A stretch of DNA of 64,000 bases, from NCBI GenBank assembly GCA_003220475.1, contig QHSO01000001.1, forward strand, positions 4,346-68,345. Direction: 5' to 3'. This DNA comes from Candidatus Rokuibacteriota bacterium. Its GTDB lineage: Bacteria > Methylomirabilota > Methylomirabilia > Rokubacteriales > CSP1-6. A program made the translations under genes and the position numbers. The notes under the pieces were generated by a model, which worked only from the letters and a program-made list of their open reading frames with translations, was not told where the DNA came from and ran no database searches. Each line of letters opens with the position of its first letter. The first letter of the stretch is position 1. Below, in pieces: positions 38,133 through 47,048 of this stretch.

Positions 38133-39001
38133 CGGCGCCCGCCCTTCCACCACGCGTAGATCTCCTCGCCGGTGGTGAGCCAGACGCCTTTCTTCCGACG
38201 CAGGTAGTCGTAGACCTCCTCGAAATAGCGGATCCGGTGCGGCACGCCGTGGATGTAGGGATGCACGGCGATCGCCATCACCCGCGGATTCTTCGCGCCC
38301 TCGGCGTACAGGCGATCGAACTGGTCGCGGCAGCGCTGCACCCACGCCGACGACTCGTGATGCTGGATCACCATCGTCGGGATGTCGTTCAGCTCGAGCG
38401 TGTAGGGCACGGACACCAGCGGGCCGTGCGCGGTGCGGATCGCGTACGGCTGGTCGTCGTTCACCCAATCGGAGACGTACTCGATGCCCGCCTCGGCGAG
38501 CAGGTCGAGCGTCTCCCACGTTTCGGTGAGTCCGGGGCCGAGCCAGCCCTTCGGCTTCTTGCCCGTGAACTTCTGGATGATCTGGATAGAGTCGCGGATC
38601 ACCGCACGCTGGTCGGGCTGCACGTGCAGCGCGCCCTGCTTGACGCCGTGGCCCATGAATTCCCAGCCCGCGTCGCGCATGGCTTCCGCCACGCGCGGGT
38701 ACGAGTGGCACACGTTCGCGTTGATGGACGTGGTCGCGGGAATCTTGCGACGCACGAGCGCCTCGTGCAGCCGCCAGAAGCCCACGCGCATCCCGTACTC
38801 GTGCCATGCCCAGTTCGGGACGTCGGGGACCGTCGCGACGCCTTGCGGCGCCGTGAGGTACTGGCGCGCCATGGGCTTCTCGATGTCCCACTCCTCGACG
38901 TTGACGATCGTCCACACGGCGATGCGCGCGCCCTTCGGCAGGCGCCAGGGCTTGCGATCGACGATCGCGGAGTAGTCGAAGCGTTCGTGTGGGAGTCTCA
39001 C
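38129..39001 (-). CDS. Polysaccharide deacetylase / PuuE allantoinase-like protein
   Basis: NVEEW, EYGMRVGFWR, EFMGHG, GWLGPGLTET, DDQPY, HPYIHGVPHR. AAGGAG Shine-Dalgarno. Confidence 0.9.
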   Translation of the reverse strand: MRLPHERFDYSAIVDRKPWRLPKGARIAVWTIVNVEEWDIEKPMARQYLTAPQGVATVPDVPNWAWHEYGMRVGFWRLHEALVRRKIPATTSINANVCHSYPRVAEAMRDAGWEFMGHGVKQGALHVQPDQRAVIRDSIQIIQKFTGKKPKGWLGPGLTETWETLDLLAEAGIEYVSDWVNDDQPYAIRTAHGPLVSVPYTLELNDIPTMVIQHHESSAWVQRCRDQFDRLYAEGAKNPRVMAIAVHPYIHGVPHRIRYFEEVYDYLRRKKGVWLTTGEEIYAWWKGGRR

Positions 39002-39021
39002 GGGCGGCTCCTTTTTTATAT

Positions 39022-39072
39022 GCTCGCCTCGCACGGTGGGGCCCCCAGCCCCACGACGTCCTCCGGCTCGCA
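39022..39072. repeat. Repeat family B copy
   Basis: GCTCGCCTCGCACGG...GCCCCACGACGTCCTCCGGCTCGCA, shared with 30551-30595 and 40119-40151. Confidence 0.65.
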
Positions 39073-39110
39073 GTGCGGGTGGAAGTGGGCTCTATAGTAC
39101 AATCCCGGCC

Positions 39111-40112
39111 GTGGCCGGGCCGGACGCGATCGACGTACACGCGCACTTCTTCCCCGAGCGCTATCTCGATCTCATCGCGCGCGAGGGCGCGCCGTCCCAG
39201 GCGCGCATCGACCGCTCGGACCCGAAGGGTCCCACGATCGTGCTCAAGGAGACGCGCACGGCGCCGCTCGACGCCACGTACTGGGATCTCGACCGCCGAC
39301 GCAAGGCGATGGACCGCGTCGGCGTCGCCGTTCACGCGCTCTCGCTGACGTCGCCGATGGTGTACTGGGCCGACGGCGATCTCGGCCAGCGCCTGGCCGC
39401 CGCGGTGAACGACGCGATGAGCGAGGCACATCGCGCGTACCCCGATCGCTTCGTCGGCTGCGCGACGCTGCCGATGCAGGACCCCAAGCGCGCGCTCGCG
39501 GAGCTCGAGCGCGCGGCCGCCCTGCCGGGCATCCGCGGCGTCTATCTCGGCACCAACATCAACGGCCGCGACCTGTCGGATCCTGCGTTCGCGCCGATCT
39601 TCGCGGGCTGCGAAGCCCGGCGGCTGCCCGTGCTGCTGCATCCGCTCACGGTGATCGGCGCCGGCAACCGCCTCGGCCGCTACTACCTCAACAACTTCCT
39701 CGGCAACCCGTTCGACACGGCCATCGCGGCCGCGCATCTCGTCTTCGGCGGCGTGCTCGATCGCTTCCCGCGCCTCGAGGTCTGCTTGCCGCACGCCGGC
39801 GGCGCCATGCCGTATCTCGTCGGCCGGCTCACGCACGGCCAGAAGGTGCGGCCCGAGACGAAGGGCGTGGCCAAGCGCCCGTTCGACGCGTACCTGCGGC
39901 GCTTCACCTACGACACGATCAGCCACGCGCCGGCCGCGCTGCAATATCTCGTCGGTCTCGTCGGCGCCGATCGCGTGATGATCGGCAGCGACTTCTGTTT
40001 CGACATGGGCCCGGCGCGGCCGCGCGAGATCGTCGTGCGCGGAGCAAAGCTCTCCGCGCGCGACCGGGCCCGCATCCTGTCGGAGAACGCGCGGCGCTTC
40101 CTGCGGCTGTGA
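39111..40112 (+). CDS. Amidohydrolase_2 family protein (ACMSD-like decarboxylase/hydratase)
   Basis: IDVHAH, VLLHP, GNPFDT, HAGG, YDT, GSDFCFDMG. Confidence 0.9.
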   Translation: MAGPDAIDVHAHFFPERYLDLIAREGAPSQARIDRSDPKGPTIVLKETRTAPLDATYWDLDRRRKAMDRVGVAVHALSLTSPMVYWADGDLGQRLAAAVNDAMSEAHRAYPDRFVGCATLPMQDPKRALAELERAAALPGIRGVYLGTNINGRDLSDPAFAPIFAGCEARRLPVLLHPLTVIGAGNRLGRYYLNNFLGNPFDTAIAAAHLVFGGVLDRFPRLEVCLPHAGGAMPYLVGRLTHGQKVRPETKGVAKRPFDAYLRRFTYDTISHAPAALQYLVGLVGADRVMIGSDFCFDMGPARPREIVVRGAKLSARDRARILSENARRFLRL

Positions 40113-40118
40113 CGGTGG

Positions 40119-40151
40119 CCGTGCGAGCCGCAGCCGCAGGCGAGGCGAGCC
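40119..40151. repeat. Repeat family B copy
   Basis: CCGTGCGAGCCGCAGCCGCAGGCGAGGCGAGCC in an intergenic gap. Confidence 0.65.
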
Positions 40152-40152
40152 T

Positions 40153-41013
40153 GTGACTCTGGAATTCTGGGTGACCCAAACCTTCAACGGCCTGTCGTAC
40201 GGGGCACTGCTCTTCCTGCTCGCCAGCGGGCTCTCGTTGATCTTCGGCGTGATGCGCGTCGTCAACCTCGCGCACGGCTCGTACTTCATGCTCGGCGGCT
40301 ACGTCGGACTCTCCGTCATCTGGCGCACCGGGTCGTACGTCCTGGCGCTCGTGGCCGGCGCGCTGGCCCTGGCCGTCGTGGGCATCGCGATGGAGCGCAT
40401 GTTCCTGCGACGGTTGGCTGGTCAGACACTGGGCCAGGTGCTGATGACCATCGGCTTCGCGCTGATCTTCCAGGACCTCGCACTGCTGATCTGGGGCGGC
40501 GACCCCTACTCGATTCGGCCGCCGTCGCTGCTGGCCGGCGTCGTCACCGCGGGGCCCGGACGCTTTCCGATCTACCGCATCTTCATCATCGTGATCGCGG
40601 TCGCGGTCGGCGCCGCGCTGTGGCTGCTGCTCGATCGCACGCGGATCGGCGCGATGATTCGCGCCGCGGTGGACGATCCGGAGATGGCGCAGGGCGTGGG
40701 CATTCGCGTGCCCCGCGTGTCGCTCGGCGTCTTCGCCCTCGGCGCTGCGCTGGCCGCCTTCGGCGGCGTCGTCGGCGCCGGATTTCTCGGCGTCTATCCC
40801 GGCCTCGACTTCGAGATCCTGCCCTACGCGTTCGTCGTCGTCATTGTCGGCGGTCTGGGCTCGCTGCCCGGCGCGATGGTCGGCTCGCTGCTCGTCGGCC
40901 TGCTCGACAACTTCGGCAAGGCGCTGTTTCCCGAGCTGTCCTACTTCACGCTCTTCGCGCCGATGGCCCTGATCCTGGCCCTCAAGCCCACCGGCCTCTT
41001 CGGGCGCGCGTGA
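40153..41013 (+). CDS. livH: Liv-type ABC permease (LivH-like)
   Basis: NGLSYGALLFLLASGLSLIFGVMRVVNLAHG, VVVIVGGLGS. Confidence 0.92.
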   Translation: MTLEFWVTQTFNGLSYGALLFLLASGLSLIFGVMRVVNLAHGSYFMLGGYVGLSVIWRTGSYVLALVAGALALAVVGIAMERMFLRRLAGQTLGQVLMTIGFALIFQDLALLIWGGDPYSIRPPSLLAGVVTAGPGRFPIYRIFIIVIAVAVGAALWLLLDRTRIGAMIRAAVDDPEMAQGVGIRVPRVSLGVFALGAALAAFGGVVGAGFLGVYPGLDFEILPYAFVVVIVGGLGSLPGAMVGSLLVGLLDNFGKALFPELSYFTLFAPMALILALKPTGLFGRA

Positions 41014-41930
41014 ATCGCGCGATCCTGCTCGGCATCGGCGCGCTCGTCGCCGCGGCCGCGGTGGCGCCGGCGCTGCCGTCGTATCCGCTGACGCTGCTCA
41101 CACAGGTCGCCATCATGGCCGTGCTCGCCATGAGCCTCGACATCCTGCTCGGCTACACGGGCCTGCCCTCGCTCGGTCACGCCGCCTACTTCGGCGCGGC
41201 CGCGTACGCCGTCGGGATTCTCGCCACCGAGCGGCAGGCGGGCTTCCTCACCTGTCTCGTCGCCGGCGTGCTGCTCGCCACGGTGACGGCCGCGCTGTTC
41301 GGCCTGATCGCGATCCGCGCGACGGGCACGTACTTCTTGATGATCACGCTCGCGCTGGGCATGGTCGTGTGGGGCCTCGCCTTTCGCTGGGTCTCGCTCA
41401 CCAAGGGCGACAACGGGATCGCCGGCGTGCCGCGGCCGGAGCTGCCGCTGCCGTGGTCGCTCTCGGCGCCGCTGCCCTTCTTCTACTTCGCGCTGGTGGC
41501 GACGGCGCTGGCGTGGGCCGCGCTCGGCACGCTGGCGCGCTCGCCGTTCGGCCTCACGCTCAAGGGCATTCGCGAGAGCGAGACGCGCATGCGCGCGCTC
41601 GGCTACGACGTCTGGCTGCACAAGTACCTGGCGTTCGTGATCTCGGGCGCATTCGCGGGGTTCGCCGGCGTGCTGTGGGCCTGGTACAACGGCTTCGTCA
41701 GCCCGGTGGACGTGCAGCTGGTGACGTCCGTGGAGACGCTGCTGATGGTCGCGCTCGGCGGACCCGGCACTCTCGCCGGACCGGCGCTCGGCGCCGCCAT
41801 GATCGTCTTTCTGAAAAACTTCGTCAGCGTCTATACCAAGCGCTGGCTGCTGATCCTCGGCGCGGTGTACATCGGGGTGATCCTCTGGGCGCCCCGCGGC
41901 GTGCTCGGGGCGCTCAGGTCGCAGCGCTAG
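41010..41930 (+). CDS. livM: Liv-type ABC permease (LivM-like)
   Basis: LLGYTGLPSLGHAAYFG, YFLMITLA, GGPGTL.GP. Confidence 0.9.
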   Translation: MNRAILLGIGALVAAAAVAPALPSYPLTLLTQVAIMAVLAMSLDILLGYTGLPSLGHAAYFGAAAYAVGILATERQAGFLTCLVAGVLLATVTAALFGLIAIRATGTYFLMITLALGMVVWGLAFRWVSLTKGDNGIAGVPRPELPLPWSLSAPLPFFYFALVATALAWAALGTLARSPFGLTLKGIRESETRMRALGYDVWLHKYLAFVISGAFAGFAGVLWAWYNGFVSPVDVQLVTSVETLLMVALGGPGTLAGPALGAAMIVFLKNFVSVYTKRWLLILGAVYIGVILWAPRGVLGALRSQR

Positions 41931-41951
41931 CGACGCAAGGAGAGCCAACGC

Positions 41952-43199
41952 ATGAGTCGTGTCCGCATCGTCGCCATCGTCGCCCTGCTCGCGCTCGCAA
42001 CGCCGCTGGCCGCGCCGGTCGGCGTCCCGGCGCAGTCCGCGCCGATCAAGATCGGTTTCCTGGCGCCGCTCACCGGCCCCTTCGCGCAGATCGGCAAGGA
42101 CATGGTCAACGGCAACCAGCTCTACCTCAACGAGATCAACGGCCAGATCGCCGGACGCAAGATCGAGGTCATCGTCGAGGACGACGAGGGCAATCCGGCG
42201 ACCGCCCTCAACAAGGCGCGCAAGCTCGTGGACCAGGACAGGATCGCGATCCTGACCGGCGGCATGCTCGCCAACGTCGGCTACGCGCTGCAGCCCTACA
42301 TCGACGCCCAGAAGATTCCCGCCACGTTCCCGGTCATCGCCGCCGACGACATCACCCAGCGCAAGCCGGCGAAGTGGATCGTGCGCACCGGCTGGGCCAC
42401 CAGCCAGCCGATGCACCCATTCGGTGACTGGGTGCTGAAGAACACCAAGTACCGGAAGATCGCCGCCATCGGCATGGACTACGCGTTCGGCTACGAGATC
42501 ATCGGCGGCTTCCAGCAGGTGTTCGAAGAAGGCGGCGGCCAGATCGTGCAGCGGATCTGGGCCCCGCTCAACACCAACGACTTCGCACCGTTCCTCGCAC
42601 AGATCCGCCGCGATGCCGACGCGGTGCTCGCGCTCTTCACCGGGCGGCTCGCGCTGCAGTTCCTCAAGCAGTACCAGGAGGCGGGCCTGAAAGAGAAGCT
42701 GCCGCTGCTCGGCGGCGGCACGCTCACGGACGAGACGGTGTTGCCGCAGATGGGCGACGAGGCGATGGGCGTCATCACGGCGCTGCACTACTCGCAGGCG
42801 CTCGACAATCCCACCAACGTGAAGTTCAACAAGGCATTCGAGGCCTCGGCCGGGAAGATCGCGTCCTACTACTCGGAAGCGACCTATACGAATGCGCGGT
42901 GGATCGTCGAGGCGATCAAGGCCGCCGGTGGCAAAGTGGAGGATCGCGACGCGATGCTCGCGGCGCTGCGGAGAGTCGACCTCAAAGAGACGGCGCGCGG
43001 GCCGCTGAAGGTCGACGATTTCGGCAATCCCATCCAGAACATCTATATCCGCAAGGTCGAGCGGGTCGGCGGGCGGTTGCAGAACACCGTCATCGCCACG
43101 TATCCCGCCGTGAGCCAGTTCTGGAAGTACAAGCCGGACGAGTACATGAAGCGGCCGCTCTACAGCCGCGACTATCCGGCCTGCAAGTCCTGCCCGTGA
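41952..43199 (+). CDS. Liv-type ABC substrate-binding protein
   Basis: Signal peptide, IKIGFLAPLTG, EDDEGNP, DYAFGYE. Confidence 0.92.
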   Translation: MSRVRIVAIVALLALATPLAAPVGVPAQSAPIKIGFLAPLTGPFAQIGKDMVNGNQLYLNEINGQIAGRKIEVIVEDDEGNPATALNKARKLVDQDRIAILTGGMLANVGYALQPYIDAQKIPATFPVIAADDITQRKPAKWIVRTGWATSQPMHPFGDWVLKNTKYRKIAAIGMDYAFGYEIIGGFQQVFEEGGGQIVQRIWAPLNTNDFAPFLAQIRRDADAVLALFTGRLALQFLKQYQEAGLKEKLPLLGGGTLTDETVLPQMGDEAMGVITALHYSQALDNPTNVKFNKAFEASAGKIASYYSEATYTNARWIVEAIKAAGGKVEDRDAMLAALRRVDLKETARGPLKVDDFGNPIQNIYIRKVERVGGRLQNTVIATYPAVSQFWKYKPDEYMKRPLYSRDYPACKSCP

Positions 43200-43200
43200 G

Positions 43201-43953
43201 GTGTGTCTGAGCGAGCCGCTCGCGCTGCGCCTCGAGCGTGTCTCCAAGGCGTTCGGCGGGCTGCGCGCCGTGGACGGCGTCGAGCTGGCGGTGCGTCCGG
43301 GCGAGCGCCGCGCGCTGATCGGACCCAACGGCGCCGGCAAGACGACGCTGTTCAACCTGGTGGCCGGCGCGCTGCCCGTGACGACCGGGCGCATCGAGCT
43401 CTTCGGCCGCGACGTCACCCGCATGCCGTCGCATCGGCGCGCGGCGCTCGGTCTCACGCGCACCTTCCAGGTCTCCAACCTGTTCCCGAGCCTCACCGTC
43501 CTCGACAACTGTCTGCTCGCGGTGCAGGCGCCGACGACCGCGAAGTTCGCGATGCACCGGCCGCTGGCGCGTGACCTCGCGCTGCGCGCGCGCGCCGAGG
43601 ACACGCTGGCCGCCGTCGGCCTCGCCGACCGCGCGACCGCCATCGTGCGCAACCTTTCGCACGGCGAGCAGCGCCAGCTCGAGATCGGCCTCGCCCTCGC
43701 GGGCCGGCCTCGGGTGCTGCTGCTCGACGAGCCGACGGCCGGGCTGTCGCCGGCGGAGTCGGCGGCGATGGCGCGGCTGCTCGGCCGCCTCGATCCCGCC
43801 ATCACCGTGCTGATCATCGAGCACGACATGGACATCGCGCTCGAGCTGGCGCGCCACGTCACCGTGCTGCACTACGGCCGCGTCATCGCCGACGGCACAC
43901 GCGACGCCGTGCGCGCCGATCCCACCGTGCGCGAGATCTATCTCGGTGCTTGA
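43201..43953 (+). CDS. livG: ABC ATP-binding protein (LivG-like)
   Basis: GPNGAGKTT, LSHGEQRQLE, DEPTAG, IEHDM. Start may be CTG 43207. Confidence 0.92.
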   Translation: MCLSEPLALRLERVSKAFGGLRAVDGVELAVRPGERRALIGPNGAGKTTLFNLVAGALPVTTGRIELFGRDVTRMPSHRRAALGLTRTFQVSNLFPSLTVLDNCLLAVQAPTTAKFAMHRPLARDLALRARAEDTLAAVGLADRATAIVRNLSHGEQRQLEIGLALAGRPRVLLLDEPTAGLSPAESAAMARLLGRLDPAITVLIIEHDMDIALELARHVTVLHYGRVIADGTRDAVRADPTVREIYLGA

Positions 43954-44635
43954 GCTGGCCGACGTCCACACCTATTACGGTGAGAGCCACGTGCTGCAGG
44001 GCGTGTCACTCGGCGTCCGCCGCAGCGAGGTGGTCGCGATCCTCGGCCGCAACGGCGCCGGGAAGACGACGCTGATCCGCTCGGTGATCGGCTTCTCGCC
44101 GCCGCGCCGCGGCGCCATCCGCTTCAAGGATGCGGACATCACGCGCTGGCCGCCGTATCGCGCCGTCGAGCGCGGCATGGGGCTGGTGCCGCAGGGCCGT
44201 CGCGTCTTTCCCTCGCTCAGCGTCGTGGAGAACCTCGTGGTGGCCCGGCGCGATGGCGGCCGCTTCACGCTCGCGCGCGTGCTCGAGCTGTTTCCGCGGC
44301 TCGCCGAGCGGGCGAAGAGCCGGGCGGGCCGGCTGTCGGGCGGCGAGCAGCAGATGCTCGCCATCGGCCGCGCGCTCATGGGCAATCCCGATCTGCTGCT
44401 GATGGACGAGCCGACGGAGGGGCTCGCGCCGCTGATCGTGCGCGAGGTGGGGCGCATCGTCGCCGAGCTCAAGCGCGAAGGGTTGTCGATTCTGCTCGTC
44501 GAGCAGAACCTGCCGCTCGCGCTGTCCGTCGCCGACACCGTGCACGTGCTCTCGCGCGGCCAGATCGTGCACAGCAGCGCGCCGGCGGCGCTCATGGCGA
44601 ACGAGGCCGTGAAATCGAGGTATCTTGGGGTATGA
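43946..44635 (+). CDS. livF: ABC ATP-binding protein (LivF-like)
   Basis: GRNGAGKTT, LSGGEQQMLAIGRALM, DEPTEGLAP. Confidence 0.92.
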   Translation: MLELADVHTYYGESHVLQGVSLGVRRSEVVAILGRNGAGKTTLIRSVIGFSPPRRGAIRFKDADITRWPPYRAVERGMGLVPQGRRVFPSLSVVENLVVARRDGGRFTLARVLELFPRLAERAKSRAGRLSGGEQQMLAIGRALMGNPDLLLMDEPTEGLAPLIVREVGRIVAELKREGLSILLVEQNLPLALSVADTVHVLSRGQIVHSSAPAALMANEAVKSRYLGV

Positions 44636-45702
44636 CCCGGCTCCGCTTCGGCACGTTTTTCTTCTTCCAGGCCGCGCCCGGTCAGCGCCACGACGACATC
44701 ATCCGCAACGAGCTGACGCAGGTGGAGTGGTCCGAGGAGCTGGGATTCGACGAGGTCTGGTTCACCGAGCACCACTTCATCGATTACGGCCTCTCCGTCG
44801 ATCCGGCCACGCTCGCCTCGGCGGCGGCGGCGCGCACGCGGCGCGTGCGGATCGGCCTGGCGGCGGCCATTCTGCCCTTCCATCATCCGCTGCGACTCGC
44901 CGAGCAGATGGCGCTCGTGGACATCATCTCCGAAGGTCGTCTCGACGTCGGCGTGGGCCGTGGCAACCGCCCGGCAGAATTCGCGGGCTACCGCGTGCCC
45001 CAGCAGGAGAGCCGCGAGCGCTTCGACGAGACCGTCGACGTCGTGCAGCGCGCGTGGACCGAGGAGCGCTTCTCGTATCGCGGACGGTTCTTCACCTTCG
45101 ACGACGTGCGGGTGATTCCCAAGCCTGTGCAGCGCCCGCACCCGCCGCTCTATCAGGTCTGTGTGACCAAGGACGGCATCGAGAACACCGCGCTGCGCGG
45201 GTGGCCGATGCTGAACTCCGTGCTGTTCGGACCGGTCGATCAGCTGCTGACCAACCGCGACACGTACGTGAACACGCTGGAGAAGGCGGGCCGCACGCCG
45301 CCGGAGATCGCCGCGCTGCTCGCGCGCTGGGGCGTGTCGCGGCAGATCTACGTGGCCGACACCGACGCGCGCGCGCTGGAAGAGGCCAAGGCGGCCGAGC
45401 TCTGGTACCAGGAGTCGTTCCGGCGCTTCGTGATTCCCGAGCGCATCGAGGACGCGCACCCGACGCTGCAGCCCGGCTTTCGCGCGATGGCCGATCGCCT
45501 CAAGAGCGTGACGTGGGAGGGATTGGTGAGAGAGACGCTGGCGTTCGGCTCGCCGGACACCGTCGCCCGCCACATCGAATCCATGCGCTCGATCGGCGTG
45601 GGCCAGATCCTCTGCTGGATGAATTTCGGCGGCCTCGCGCAGGAGAGGATCCGCCGCTCGATGGAGCTGTTCGCCCGCGAAGTGATGCCGCGCTTTCGGT
45701 AA
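44632..45702 (+). CDS. LLM-class (luciferase-like) flavin-dependent oxidoreductase
   Basis: GFDEVWFTEHHF, HPLRLAEQ.A.VD..S.GRLDVGVGRG, PKPVQRPHPP. Confidence 0.92.
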   Translation: MTRLRFGTFFFFQAAPGQRHDDIIRNELTQVEWSEELGFDEVWFTEHHFIDYGLSVDPATLASAAAARTRRVRIGLAAAILPFHHPLRLAEQMALVDIISEGRLDVGVGRGNRPAEFAGYRVPQQESRERFDETVDVVQRAWTEERFSYRGRFFTFDDVRVIPKPVQRPHPPLYQVCVTKDGIENTALRGWPMLNSVLFGPVDQLLTNRDTYVNTLEKAGRTPPEIAALLARWGVSRQIYVADTDARALEEAKAAELWYQESFRRFVIPERIEDAHPTLQPGFRAMADRLKSVTWEGLVRETLAFGSPDTVARHIESMRSIGVGQILCWMNFGGLAQERIRRSMELFAREVMPRFR

Positions 45703-45706
45703 ACAT

Positions 45707-45813
45707 GGGGGGCCCCGACATGGCCCCCGATGCCTTTTAAGGGAAGGGGCTACGCCCCCTCGGTCTCCCCGGCAACGTTCGGGGTGCCGCGGCGGAGCCG
45801 TGGCACCCCTCGA
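45707..45813 (+). repeat. Repeat family A copy 3, with a different nested insert
   Basis: GGGGGGCCCCGACATGGCCCCCGA...[GGGAAGGGGCTACGCCCCCTCGGTCTCCCC]...CAACGTTCGGGGTGCCGCGGCGGAGCCGTGGCACCCCTCGA. Confidence 0.8.
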
Positions 45814-45829
45814 TATACTCGGAGCCACC

Positions 45830-47047
45830 ATGATCCGTGCCGTCGCCGTCGTCGTCCTGGTTTTGCTCTTGCTCACGAGTCACGCCGGTGGCGCCGACTC
45901 GATCCGCGTCGGCTATCTCGGGCCACTCACCGGCATCTTCGCCGCGGCGGGCAAGGACATGCTGGATGGGCTGAAGATGGCCTTCGAGCAGATGAACTAC
46001 GAGGTCGCCGGGCGCAAGATCGAGCTGATCGAGGAAGACGACGAGGGCAATCCCGCCACCGCGCAGGCGAAGTACCGCAAGCTGGTCGCGCAGGATCACA
46101 TTCATGTGCTGACGGGCGTGCTGCTGAGCAACATCGGGTATGCGCTCGTTCCCAACATCGAGCGAGACCGGCTGCCGTCCCTGTATCTCACCACGCCGGA
46201 CGAGCTCACCAAGCGCCGGCCCGCGAAATATCTGTTGCGCTCCAACTTCGCGGCGAGCCAACCCATGCACGCGCTCGGCGACTACGCGGCCAAGACGCTC
46301 AAGTACCGGCGCGTCGCGGCCATCGCGATGGACAACAACTTCGGCCATGAGGGCATCGGCGGCTTCCAGCGCGTGTTCGAGGACGCGGGCGGGCGCGTCG
46401 TGCAGAGGACGTGGGTGCCGCTGAACGCGATGGACTTCGCGCCGTATCTCACGCAGGTGCCGCGCGACGTGGACGCCGTCGTGCAGGTGTTCGTCGCCGG
46501 TCAGGCGGTGCGATTCGCCAAGCAATACGGCGAAGCCCTCGGCGGGCGGGTGCCGCTGATCGGTACCGGCGTGTTCACCGATCAGTCGGCGCTCTCCGGC
46601 ATGGGCGACGAGGTCCTCGGTCACATCGGGACGATGATCTGGGCGCCGACGCTCGACAACGCGGCCAATCGCACGTTCATGAAGATCGCCGAGGCCAAGC
46701 TGAAGCGCATGCCATCGTACTTCCACGCCGTGATGTACAGCTCGGGGCGCTGGATCGTCGAGGCGGCGCGTTCGCTTCAGGGCAACGTGGAGGATCGCGA
46801 CCGCTTCCTGGCCGCCCTACGCCGGGCGAGCGAGACCACCGAGGACCCGCGCGGGCCGATCAAGCTCGACGAGTACGGCAACCCGACGGAGAACGTCTAC
46901 ATCGTCCGCGTCGACAAGGTCGCCGGGCGACTGCAGAACACCGTCATCCACACCTACCCGATGGTGTCGCAGTTCTGGACCTACAAGCCGGACGAATTCT
47001 TGAAAACACCGCCGTACGATCGCGCGTACCCGCCCGTCAAGCCGTGA
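45830..47047 (+). CDS. Liv-type ABC substrate-binding protein
   Basis: Paralog of 41952..43199 (EDDEGNP, RLQNTVIHTYP.VSQFW.YKPDE). Confidence 0.92.
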   Translation: MIRAVAVVVLVLLLLTSHAGGADSIRVGYLGPLTGIFAAAGKDMLDGLKMAFEQMNYEVAGRKIELIEEDDEGNPATAQAKYRKLVAQDHIHVLTGVLLSNIGYALVPNIERDRLPSLYLTTPDELTKRRPAKYLLRSNFAASQPMHALGDYAAKTLKYRRVAAIAMDNNFGHEGIGGFQRVFEDAGGRVVQRTWVPLNAMDFAPYLTQVPRDVDAVVQVFVAGQAVRFAKQYGEALGGRVPLIGTGVFTDQSALSGMGDEVLGHIGTMIWAPTLDNAANRTFMKIAEAKLKRMPSYFHAVMYSSGRWIVEAARSLQGNVEDRDRFLAALRRASETTEDPRGPIKLDEYGNPTENVYIVRVDKVAGRLQNTVIHTYPMVSQFWTYKPDEFLKTPPYDRAYPPVKP

Positions 47048-47048
47048 G

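Noticed and set aside
503..45813. Repeats as a CRISPR array or IS ends
   Set aside because: The copies are dispersed and degenerate with no regular spacers, and there is no cas or transposase gene in the window.
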